64,000 bases of DNA, taken from the human T2T-CHM13v2.0 reference genome, Homo sapiens. The position numbers and the translations under genes are program-made. Where the stretch lies: the NCBI RefSeq assembly GCF_009914755.1, contig NC_060937.1; one strand, 5' to 3'. The notes below the pieces were generated by a model. The model saw only the letters and a list, made by a program, of their open reading frames with translations. It was not told the DNA's origin and made no database searches. Below are positions 11,521-25,572 of the stretch, one piece after another; the stretch's first letter is position 1, and each line of letters opens with the position of its first letter.

Positions 11521-13829
11521 CCAAGAATTTAAATTCAGTAGTTTTCTGGGTTTTTAAAAGGTCTTCCATTTGAGGGGACACCGAGGGCAAATAAATTATT
11601 GGCCAAGATTTTATTCTTACATCTTACACTTTCTTGAAATAGTAGCACATCCTGATCATTACTGGTAATAGCTACAACCAGAGTTCCAGAAGCTTCTATC
11701 ATGTTACCAGTTTAGAACTCTTTCTCATATATAATACTTTAAAAAATATTTCTATTCCTGTATTCCTCGGTTCATCTCTATTCCACTTATCTCTCTACAA
11801 TCTGATAAGGTACTATTGTACAGAGCCATCCAGGTCTTTGGTCCTCAAAACTGAGGATGATAAATATATAGTCTAATACTTGAGTTGAAATAAACATTAT
11901 TCCATTACAGGAGCAAAATCTAGGCATAGACACCTGCATATTTTTGGAAGTATAGGAAGTTATAAGTTTATGACAGACAGCAGCATAGCATTCCATTTAC
12001 AATCTTTTTAGAAAGGTGGATGATAACAGAAGCTAGGACAATACAATAAAATACTATGTCTGCAATAAAAAGTCAGACTTCACTCTCCTGAAATGGGCTC
12101 ATGCAGATCACTATATCTCTGTTTACGGGGAATTTTAAGATAGTCACAAAACAAAACTGCCAAGCATGAAGGAATAATTCATTTAACAGCTGTTCAGTAA
12201 GGTCAAAAACACAGAAACTACTGAAGGTTACAAAAGTATATCTAGAACTCTTGGGAGTTTAGCTCCATTACAACAGAGATTTTAAAATCATCTTCTAGTT
12301 GTACCTCACCTGATGTTAGAAGGCGTATTATTGGGTATCAGATTTTAGGAGCTCAAGATCAATTCTGTCATTTGACTTACCACCCCATGCCATCATGACT
12401 GAGGAGAGAGAGTTAATAAATAAAAGCATAGATGTCTCTGATGCTTAGTTCAGAAAAGAAACAAACATGGATCAATAGGGACAATCTAACACAAATATCC
12501 CGATTTCTGCCCAGACATCAGCAATAGGGAGGCTATTGCACACAATCCTGAAAAATCTGCTCTCCAAATGCACTATTGACAAAAAAGCTGGACATAATAA
12601 GAAATTAAATGAAGCTGAATAAATACCCATACTGAGGGCTAAACATCAAAACTACATTTGGTGAAAAGTAACCAAAAGAAAAAAAACACAGATCAAAAGG
12701 CCATCATACGAAACATTGCTATTTTTTGTGGTTCATGGCTTCAAATTGAAATATAAACTCAGTCCAAAGTCAGATTTGTTTCTTCTCTGCTATTTAATTT
12801 GAATATATTTCTTTCTACTTTTGTATTTAAAGGGCTTTGCCTGTCTTCCATTTTTTCTAATATTTTAAATTACACTTAAAACATTTCTCAATGAAATCCA
12901 CATTTCGTGAAATAGTAGAAAATAGGTATAATTTTGCAATTAAAGTCATCTCAGGGAAACTGCAGTGTAGTTTTTTCCTTTTTTTTTTTGCAATTCTGTT
13001 TAAGAGCATAGACTGATTAGAATAGTGATTACCATAAATCAACATCCTGCAGCCATAAACATAATGTTTATCAAGGTGACTTTTCAGTTCCTGATTTGTT
13101 AACCTCATCTGAAGTTTCATAGATTCTGTGTTTTCTCTAGCTGTTCAGCATTACCTCAATATTCCAAAACCCTCATTAACTTCATACTGTTAATACTACA
13201 TTTGATTACATTTGCTTTAAAAAAGAGAAAGTTGTGCTCAGACTGTGAAAACTACTTCTCATTTGCACAAATGCAGCAAAGCACGGCCCTTTGCATGTCC
13301 TGCTTACAATTTGGAACTTTCCTGTATTACAGCCCCACCAACCTATGGTAAAACAAAAGCAAGAATTGAATGAAATTAACCAAGCTTTGACAGGAGAATT
13401 TTTTTTAATTCCTCAGATAAAACAATTCAGAAAATTTCAAATAATTGTAAAATGCCCTCTCAGAATAAAAAAAAAAAATCTTAATATAAGTATGAGGAAT
13501 TTGAAACACTTTTATATTTGACAAATTTCTTAATCCTAAGAAATTGATAGTTCAATTAGCATCCCCATTTTAGGAATAGGATAATCCAGATTCTGAAAAA
13601 TAATGCAACTTGTTTAAAGTCAATGGCAGTACCAGACCTAAAACCTTGGTCTCTGGTGTTGAGCTTAAAAAACTTGACTACTGAACCAAAAACACATACA
13701 GGTATAGAGAGAACTCTCAACTCATGTGCGTGTCCTGTCACAAAGATGCATTGGCAAGGAATCACATATTTTTTCCTTTCAAAACATTGTGAAGAGAATT
13801 TGGTTTTCTAGAAAAATCCTCAATGGCCC

Positions 13830-14692
<863 letters not shown>

Positions 14693-17159
14693 TCATATAA
14701 TTTAATCATAATTTCTCTATGTTCCATGGCAAGTATTTCTGAAGGGGGTTCTTTAACTGCCTTTTTTTCCCTATTGATCTTCATCTTTTCGTCCTTATCA
14801 CTGATTAGATTTTGTATTATTTTCTCACAACATCATTCGGCTTTGAGTGAGATGAGTTTTTTCTCAACCCGTGATGTCAAATGAAGTTTGTGTTGGAGAT
14901 TGAGGGTAGTCAGGGCCATGCTCCAAATACTTTAGCACTTCTCCTAATGACATAGGATTGTGCACGTGAACAAGTTCCTTTTGCTTTTTCTTCTCCTAAC
15001 CAATCAAGTTCAATAGCTATACTGTTAACTACAATGTCAAGCCTCTTCTTGACTCTGGCCTGTCTCAGAGAGCTTCCTGCCAACAAAGGACAAGTCTGTG
15101 TGGTTTTTCTATTAGATCCACCCCTTTGTTTATCCTTAATACCAGACTGAGTCTTGGGAAGCAAGTAGGACCAGCTTAAGACCCATTTCCTATTTTTCCA
15201 AATAACATAATGCCATTCTTCCCTCTCAGAGCAGGCTACTGTTTTGAAGGACTGTGCCTGTTGTGTTTGCCCAAGATCTGCAGCCATGGGCATCATTTCT
15301 TACCATGTGGCTGCACTTCTGTTTGGCCCTTTCTTTACTGGGCAGCCATTCCATATACACGGTGACTCAGGTTACAAAGGTCTACTTGTGTTAAATGTTG
15401 AGGGTTTTTAATTTTTTCCTTTCTGTTTCTCATCATACTTACTGTTTTGGGGTTATTGCCAAGAGGCAATGGGAGCAGTACTGTTTTTATGCCACTATTA
15501 TTTGAAATCCGATAATGAAGACTGGTCTCTTATTTTTGTTTTGTTTCAAATTTTATTTAACCTTTATGTTTTCGAGAAGAGCCACAAAGATAAGAAAGCT
15601 GAGAAACTACATTCAAAGAAATTATCCATAGCCATGAGGTAGCACATACAGGACAAGAATTCTCTTGTTCTACTTTTTAAATTCAAAGAGCTTGCCACTA
15701 TATCATACTTTGACACAGTTTTAATGGTGGATTTGACCTTATTTCCCAGAAAATAAACATAAAATCTGGACTTTCAATGCACTAAGAACCTCACATTTAA
15801 TTTCATGCTTGAAAATACAGTTTCTATGAGATTTTGAAAGTTTGAAATAATAAATTTTTCTCCAGTGATTCTTTCTCTCATATTCTACTTACCCTCAGAA
15901 GTAGATTCAGATAAAGGGTAATTCATATGAAAAAATTTGAACTATTACTATATTTTTAAAAATCTATTTTATTGGAAGATAATTTATTTCTAGATCATCT
16001 ATACAGTGGCATTTGTGAACACCTGACTTGTTAAAACTATTAAGTTAGAGTGGTATATCACTTTCATAGTACTCTATATGCTGCTATCTTTTTATCTTTT
16101 TGGTGAATACAAGAAATAGAATACAGACTCAGATGCCCACAGTTAGACAGACTCAGATATGTAACAACTTCTGACACCAATAAAAAATCTAAAAATGTAT
16201 TGCCTCAAGATTAACATTAACTGAACTTGAAAAAAACTAATAAAAACATTCATGAAAAATGTTTCCGTTCACTGATTTGCATTTTCAGACAAAAAGCTGC
16301 TGAAGGATGAATATGCCTATACTGCTGTGTTTAGTGAGACCTAGACTTTCCAGTAGGAATGTACTCACATATGTGTCACTAAAGTCAGTACAAATACAGA
16401 CTGTGTGGTAAAAATTAAGCAGCTAAACCTTGCAGACACTTGGAGAGTTAGGGCAAACACATTGTAAATAGATTTCTTCTTTTAACATGTTCTAACTTTT
16501 CTCTCCCTGTTACCTAGGCTGCCAGGGGTGGGTGGGCAAATATCTTTTAGCTTCTGAAAACTCCTTTGTTTGAAAGCAGAGAGAATAGTGGTTTGGCCTG
16601 GTATAATTGTTTTGTTGGTTGGCACAGAGTTTTAATTATTCTGTGATACATCACAAGATATATTGATCACACAGTAACTACATTGTTCTTCCTCTGGGGT
16701 CCTTTCTTGTCTACTCTAGTTTTTGCTTAGGACTGGATGTTTCAGCTTCTCTATGAATCTTTTATCTGCCCTTTGTGTGTCTTTTTCTTGTTAATGTTTT
16801 TCTTAATAGATTCTAACAGTGACTACAAAGAATATAAGGGTGGTCGCACACATATTAAAAATAAAAATAAAGAATAAATTTCTTTGAAGAGGGTCAGTTC
16901 TGACATAAAGAGAAAACAAATATCCTATAGATACATTGTCCACATTACATGTATTTCAACTCTCTCTGCATCTAAGTGGTGACATGGAAAGTTTTCTATT
17001 GAAGATCTTTCTGACCTGCCCTTTGATGTTAGATATAATTATAATGTTAGATATGATGTTAAGCTATGTAGACTACAAATGAACATGAATATACTTAATT
17101 CAAATAGTAGAATGTAAATTGGATAGCTAAAGGTTAAACCCATAAGCAGTAACAATCGT

Positions 17160-17930
<771 letters not shown>

Positions 17931-18199
17931 AAAAGAGGATCTCAAGGATTATCTTTTCTAATACTTAACTCTTGCTCAAGATCATACTTTTAAAAACTGA
18001 ATTTATATAAAGACATGTTTCATTCTTGTGATTTTTATATAATCAGTGATTTTATTAGCTATCTCACTTTATATGTTATCTTACTTCTATTTGTACTTAT
18101 TTTCATCTCAGTGCTGGACAGAACTCTATACTTCATATTAGTCAAAAGGAGCTAATTAATGCTGTGTTAAAAAGACAATGTACCAATTGTCAAAGGCTA

Positions 18200-18522
18200 C
18201 ATACACCAAAAATAGATTTACCATTCAAAGGAGAATAAATGTACAATGTGAGCTGACTGGAGACTCTGCTCCACATGATTACTCAGAGATCCAGGATAAC
18301 TGAGGCAACCTTATCATTCACTACACTATCTGGAGCATTTGGTTTTCTAGGTTGCTTCAGCAAGGGAAGATCTAGCTGTGGGGTCACAGGCTGGCTCCTT
18401 ATGCTTTGGTCCATCACTTCCCCATATCCTATTGTTCAGAACACATGCCCCTCCAAGCTGCAGAGGGGTAACACATAGGGGAATAGATGGAAAGTTTGGT
18501 GAGTTCCATTGTCTCTGCCACA
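18200..18522 (-). mobile_element. Old MaLR LTR (MLT1J-N group)
   Basis: 'ctctgctccacatgattactcagagatccagg', ends 'gtctctgccaca' (antisense TGTGGCAGAGAC start). Confidence 0.6.
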
Positions 18523-19099
18523 CAGAGAGGTATGGGGGAGACACATCAATGGAAGGCATATCCCAAAATTTTCCATACCATTTGTTTATTAAGATACCAC
18601 CCTTCCTCAAAACATAAACTTGCAGATTTTATATTCTAGCTTTTTAATTGTTGTGTGGGTATCTTCTTTGAACCATCTCCAATTGCTCCATACTCTATCC
18701 ATAAATAGAAATTAAAATTTAAGTTAGTTCTTAAGAAATGCAAGAAAAAGCCGGATATAATTATATGTATTATCTTTGTGTACATTTTTCATTTCTTGAC
18801 TTATCTATAACCAAAGGTAATTTCAGACTAACTCTCTCCATTACATCTCTGATTGCACTCTGAACTCATCCTGCTTTATTGCACTTCTGAGATTTTGCTC
18901 CAACTCTTTTTACCATCTAGGCCTACTTCTTTTCACCATGTCAGAAAACATTCTTTCTTATGTCTTCAGCCAAATTCACCCTCTCCAAAAGGCTTCCTCG
19001 GGTTCTCCCAATAAAAATTAATCCCTTCCCTTCCAAACTACGAGTGCGATTTTTTGAACATCTAATGTTTTTCCCTGGAGCACTTTGAATTCACCTCTC

Positions 19100-19314
19100 T
19101 ATAAAGCACGCAAAACAACTTTGCCCTTCAGATATTAGCAATGTCTGAAGAAAATGTTGATTGTCAAAATTTGCAGGGAGGATCAGGACTGCTGCTGGCA
19201 TCTAGTGAATAGAAACGGGGATGCTATAAAATATCCTTCAATGCTTAGAACAGATCCCACAAACAAGACTTATCCAGCCTCAAATGTCAATAATGTCAAG
19301 GTTGAGAAGCCCTG
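19100..19314 (+). mobile_element. MER20 hAT-Charlie MITE within L2 remnants
   Basis: 'gcaatgtctgaag...gctgctggcatctagtgaatagaaacggggatgcta...caaatgtcaataatgtcaaggttgagaagccctg'. Confidence 0.85.
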
Positions 19315-19489
19315 CTATAGAGTATGAATGCTAGAGTGAGAATCTTTTTCCTATCTTCCCTTCCCTCAGAGTGTGCACCATAATGCTCTGCAGACAGTAA
19401 TATATTCAATATTTGGTAATGATCAGCCCTGAAAACTGTCTAAAAGAGTCAACAGGCAGTATTATGAGAAGAGGTAAACTACATTTTAA

Positions 19490-19790
19490 TCATGTCCATA
19501 GTTGAGTCTTCTAATGCTTGCCCATGGTTTCCTCCTTTTCAGGCTTATGGGGGAATTATAATTCCCCATTCCCTTTGTGGTTGAGTATGACTTGTTACTT
19601 CCAGCCATTATGTTATAGGTAGAGGTGACTTGAGTCATTTTTGAGTGAGAGCATTTAATTGCTGGTGGGAGACCCTCTGGCTCCTTCTTCTTCCTGCTGC
19701 TGATATCAGACTGCATCCATAGTAGGTGCCCCACAAACATGGGGAAGATACGTAACCTGAGCAACAGTTTGTTGCTTCACCAAAATTCTA
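19490..19790 (+). mobile_element. Old MaLR LTR (MLT1J/K/L group)
   Basis: 'gagcatttaattgctggtgggagaccctctggctc' and 'ttccccattccctttgtggttgagtatgacttg'. Confidence 0.6.
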
Positions 19791-19867
19791 CATGTGTGCT
19801 GGCTCTTCAGCATTATAGGTATATGAATACTTTTAAAAGTCTCATGTTAGACTCTGCTCACTGCTAA

Positions 19868-20275
<408 letters not shown>

Positions 20276-23200
20276 TCCTTGGATTTATTTTGCTGATAAA
20301 TCAACACTTTTTTAAAAAGCCAACAAATCATGAAAGCTTTCTTAATCAGTCTTCATTCTGCTTTTGAATTTTTAGTTTATGACTTTCGCACATAGGGCTG
20401 TAATATTATTGACTTTACCCATCTACATGTAGTTTATATGTTTCTAATTGTGCTACATGTATTTCAACTTGCAAGATGAAATTGATTCTGTTTGCTTCTG
20501 TTGGTTCATAAAATATATTCTGTTAACATGAAAACACTCATGGGACATGGAAATACCATAAAATAATAGAAACAGCACTAGATTGGGGGAGTGAGACAGC
20601 ACATAGAGCTTTGTACCTAAAAGTAGAAAAACTGGGCCTCCGTGTAACTCTCCCCACTTATTGCTATAAGGTAGATGAAGTCTACACATACACTCTGTAA
20701 ACTCTTATGCACTATGCAAAGGGGAGTCATTATTCACGTGCTGACAAGGCTCTTGCTCTATTTCCGTTGCCACTGAGCTGCACAACCATCAATAAGCAAG
20801 TTGAGTTCTCGGTTTGCAGTTTCCTTACTCGTGCACTGCATTGTGCTATAGTTGGTTTTTGTTCCTTTTTCCAGGTATGAAAAGTCCAGGTTGCTATATA
20901 CATTTGTGCTTAAACTTAAATGCTTTACAAAAATCCCACTGCCTTGGAAAAAAATATAAATTATTATCTCATTTTTCAAATTATTTAAGCATCCTGGAGA
21001 TATGCAATTTCTATAAATACTCCCGATTTTTACTACTTTATATAACAAACAGTCATGACTCACTGCATGTTTTCAATAAATGTTGAGATGAATAACTATT
21101 TACCATAATATTAAATCATTAATCAAAAATAATGATTTTAATATAGATTTAATAGGTTTAAATACTAGTAGTAATAATAGTAATGGTTTTTGGCTAGGCA
21201 GTGTTTCATGGGGATTATAATTATTATTTTATTTAATTTCACAACAATGATACAAGGTTGATAAAAATACTGATAAAGTGAAAATGAAGAAAATACTATT
21301 TTTTAGATTGGGATATATGATCTCTTTCTTCATTTTAAATTTCCCAATGCATTTGTGATCACTCTGTGGAATCAGTGTACAAACTATAATCTGAAAGAAA
21401 TTGGTGGTATTTTTACAGTACGTGAACACAACCATCTGATTTATAGTTCAATCTGTTAATCCACTCTGTTATTAGGCCACCTGGCAGTTTTATGCATTGT
21501 GAATTTAAAGAGGAGCTCAATGTAACATAAGCTTCACAAGCTGGGGAAATATTATGGAAATGAAACATGAATGAGGACCATTTAAACAATAAAATAATGT
21601 GTATAGACTATATATTTTTTAGTTTTAGCTAATACATGCCATAGGTATAAACTCTGAAATAAGTTGAGGTTCTTATGAGACTATAAAAAAAGAAATTAAA
21701 AATAAACTTATTATTTACTATTGTTAATCATGTAGCATTCATGTGCTTATAGAGAAACAAAAATACAGCCACAAACTACCTCTGAAAAATTAAGATCGCA
21801 TATCAACTACAGTTTCTTTTAGTACTCACAGAAGTGTACTTGGGGAAATGCTGTCAGAATGAAAAACCAGAATTGGGAGATGAAAGAAAAACTGTAACTT
21901 ATTGACCATCTCTTTTATGACTCTCAGTTTTATTATCATTTAAAGAATTTGATCCACCACTGTTGAAGTACAAAATAAGGTCTTTACAAAGATAATCCTA
22001 GAAAATATGTCATTGAGATTAAGCTGTGGCATAACAGTGAATCTGTATTATACTGGAAAAAAGTATGTCTTCTGTAATGTGATGATATTCATCCTATATT
22101 GTTCTAAATGATCTAGTCGTAGCTCATGTCATTTATGAAAAGTGTTATGTTTTAAGTAAGCTACATTCTTCACAGTGATCCAGAAAATTTGGGCTAGGTC
22201 TAGTCAATTTTATGTCATTATTGTAGTCCTCTTTAATTAAATTTATGAATTAGGAGATTTAAGATGGTTTTTATTTTTATTCAGACTTGAAATTACAATC
22301 AAACTTCATTATCTGCATCAGGCTTTCAAAGGGATCTTATGTGATTCATAACTATATAATTTCAAAATATTTTTCAGGATATATTTGCTTAAAGATATAT
22401 GCAAACAACTTAAGGGAAACTATATTTTTGTTTATATAAATATACCTATTTTCTTCATTTTTAGAACTAGAAAAATGTGAAAGATTAATAAAAATGTTAT
22501 GAGCTCTATATTTTGAATAATAAGACATTCGTCAAATGGAAAATCCTACTATATACCCACAAAAATTGAAGAAAAAAATTACAAGACCTATGGAAAACAA
22601 TGGCTTTTCAAATAGATATTTCTTTACACTTCATGAGGAAGTATCAAAACTGCTCTCATTGTCTCAATATTATTCAAACACTTAACTGTCAAGTGAAAAA
22701 AATGAATTACACTTTCTTATATATTGGAAAACAAAAACAAATGTCTGAAATATATCCAGCAACTGATAGGTTATTATGCTTATAGCCTTAACATTTACTT
22801 AATCCTTAGATATTTGGATTCCATACCTTGATGCTGATGTTTCTGCTTAATTTGCTAGTTGCAATACTTCCATTTAGAAATTTTGATGTTACGATGTCCA
22901 AACTTATGGAAAAAGAAAATTATGAAAATAAATGATCATTTAACAAATAAATTCCCCTAAGTACTAATGACAGTATATTATTTGGGTTAATTTTTTGAGA
23001 ATTGGTATTTGGATACTTAATTTGCCACTTACAGAGGTGACTGTGCGTTTTTTTTTGTTGTTTTTTTTTTTTTGCCAGTCTGATGTACCCTGAAGACTTT
23101 TGGTTTGGGAACTTGAGGAGGTCACAGGATAGGATAAAATTCATTTTACTGAAGTATACTGGTTATGAAAATTGCTTGTTCCAGTGGGCGATTTCACTAC

Positions 23201-23759
23201 TTCATTTACAGCGTGCTCACTGTGTTCCCACTGGCTGGGATCTGACCCTTATATTTCTCATTTTCCTTCTGAAATGTGGGTCAGCTGTGTTGTCAGATTC
23301 CTCTTCTCCTGTAAAACATTTTATTTTTAAATATTTGACACTGCAGCCTTCTAAAAGAACAGGTTAAAAAAAATGTCTTGCTGGATGGCATTTATGACTC
23401 AGAGAAGTATCATTGCCACTGACCTCACAACTCTTCTTAAATAGTCAGAGAAGGGCAACAAAATTGTCAATTAGGCTTACAGGGAACAGCATTCAGCCCA
23501 ACTCAACTCGTGCTTGGCAGCATAATCATGCAGATCTTGCTTCGGCACGAGAAGCCTTTCAAGCCTATAATAACGAGGGTTCAACAAATTTGAACTTCCT
23601 CTCTCAACAGCAGATTTAGAAGCTGTTGATTTGTTATACATTTACTAAAGGGTTTTGTAGCATTGACATGCAGCATTTAAATTTATCTCAGATATTCAAC
23701 CTAATTCTTTGATTCACAAATTAGAGGTCAGACTTCTAGAAACCTTAAAGAATATTGCT

Positions 23760-23761
<2 letters not shown>

Positions 23762-23800
<39 letters not shown>

Positions 23801-23840
23801 CACGTAACCTCTCTCTGTATATTTTTATATATATATATAT
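23762..23840. repeat. (CA)~16 microsatellite followed by a short (TA)n
   Basis: Read directly: acacac... 23762-23794 and tatata... ~23826-23840. Confidence 0.95.
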
Positions 23841-25186
23841 GTAAAATTTCTCTTCATCTTTCTCTTTTATTTCTCCCTGATGTTGCATTTTATGCCGTTA
23901 TGTTTTGGAGGCAGTATTGAGCCAAGGAGGATTTGTCAGTATTCAGTAACTTGTGCCTAAGAAAAACTGATACTCTTATTCACAAACCACAAATTTTAGA
24001 ATTTGCTATTCAGTATACTTATCAATAAGAAAAGGAATAAAAGGAATTTCAATTATAACTTGCTCTTTACATTTTACTAACCACAAGATTTTTATGATTT
24101 AAATAAATATGAATTACTCTGAGGCTAGGGAGGAATGTAATAAAAGGAAAATATGATTAATGTAAAATTCAAAGTTGAAAATATATACTATGGTAGAAAG
24201 AAATAGTCAATGAGAGATGTTCCTTTTATCTGCCAAGTCACTGTCCTAAAACTGGACTGCAACACTTCAACTAGTAAGGTGATAGCCATTTAAAATATTT
24301 CCCTTCATGGAGAAATGATATTTGGTCTTACCTAATAAACTTGACCCATTTATTTCATTTGTAAGTGAACTGTTTTTAAAAAACCAGGCCTAGACCTGTT
24401 TCTCAAAGGGAGAGACAAAAAGAGAGATGGGACCAAGGCCAGTGGTACTTGCTGGGTCTATGAGAAGAGAATTATTTCTCCTTCATGGAAAGAAAGCCAG
24501 TTATAATAATCCTACCTAAATACAAACAATAGAGGCTCACTGGAGTATCTGCCAGCAGCTGAATTAAGAAATCAAAAGAATAACAACAGCTGGGCTGGGT
24601 CCTGTATTGGTCACCTATTGCTTTATTAAGTTCCCAGCCAGAATGGATCTCTTCTGTCTTTCAGTGTGATGTATACCCACAAAATCCCAACCACGCTTTT
24701 ACATTAGAGTCTAAATTCCTTAGCCAATTAGTGTTATGATTTTATCACAGCAGTTGTTTGAAGCTAAATTGCAGTAGTTATTATCCATGATGGGTCCTGC
24801 TCCCTGAGGTTAGTTGCTCAGGTTGAACAAACCATGAAAAAAACCTCCAAGAAAATTCATGCTAGAAAATAACTACAATGTTACAATGTTGATGTTTTAT
24901 CAAATAGAGTTCTAGGGCCAGATTTAGCCCAAAATGTCCCTATAGCCCAACTTAGTAATAGTTAAATAAATTCACAAGAATGGCATACATTTAGAAAAGA
25001 GGACAAAGGGCTTGGCCATCTGTTGAAAAGACCTCATGAAACTCTTGACAGAGATTGTGCAACAAATCTGCTGTCAGGTTCAGGCACAGAGAACATACAT
25101 TGGAATCAACACCTTAGTTTTTACACATACTAAAAATCTACTGTGGTGATATGTTTATATCTTTCTGAACACTTAAGCTCCCCATC

Positions 25187-25572
25187 TTTTTTACTTTTAA
25201 GTTCAAAGGTACATGTGCAGGTTTGTTACATAGGTAAACTTGTGTCACGGGGGTTTGTTATACAGATTATTTCATTACCCAGGTATTAAGCCTAGTGCCC
25301 CTTAGTTATTTTTCCTGGTCCTCGCCCTCCTCCCACCCTCTACCCAACGATAGGCCCCAGTGTCTGTTGTTCCTTTCTATGTGTCCATATGTTCTCTCTC
25401 TAAGCTCCGCTTATAAGTGAGGACATGTGGTATTTGGTTTTCTGTTCCTGTGTTAGTTTGCCAAGTCTCATGGCCTCCAGCTCCATCCATGTCCCTGCAA
25501 AGGACATGATCTCATTCTTTTTTATGGCTGCATAGTAATCCATAGTGTATATGTACCATATTTTCTTTACCC
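25187..25572 (-). mobile_element. L1PA13-like 3' end
   Basis: 'ggtacatgtgcaggtttgttacataggtaaacttgtgtcacgggggtttgttatacagattatttc', 'gtccctgcaaaggacatgatctcattc'. Confidence 0.9.

Noticed and set aside
14910-15296. 128-aa minus-strand ORF
   Set aside because: No recognisable homology; lies in sequence resembling an old L1/HAL1 5' region
16123-16158. Direct repeat acagactcagat x2 (similar micro-repeats at ~7190, ~17027, ~29450)
   Set aside because: Ordinary slippage duplications with only 2-3 units and no array or spacer structure
21830-21850. Minus-strand 21-nt microexon-like pattern (long pyrimidine tract, CAG, TCT|GTGAGT)
   Set aside because: Weak exonic donor bases and no supporting context; it shows that such patterns arise on both strands by chance
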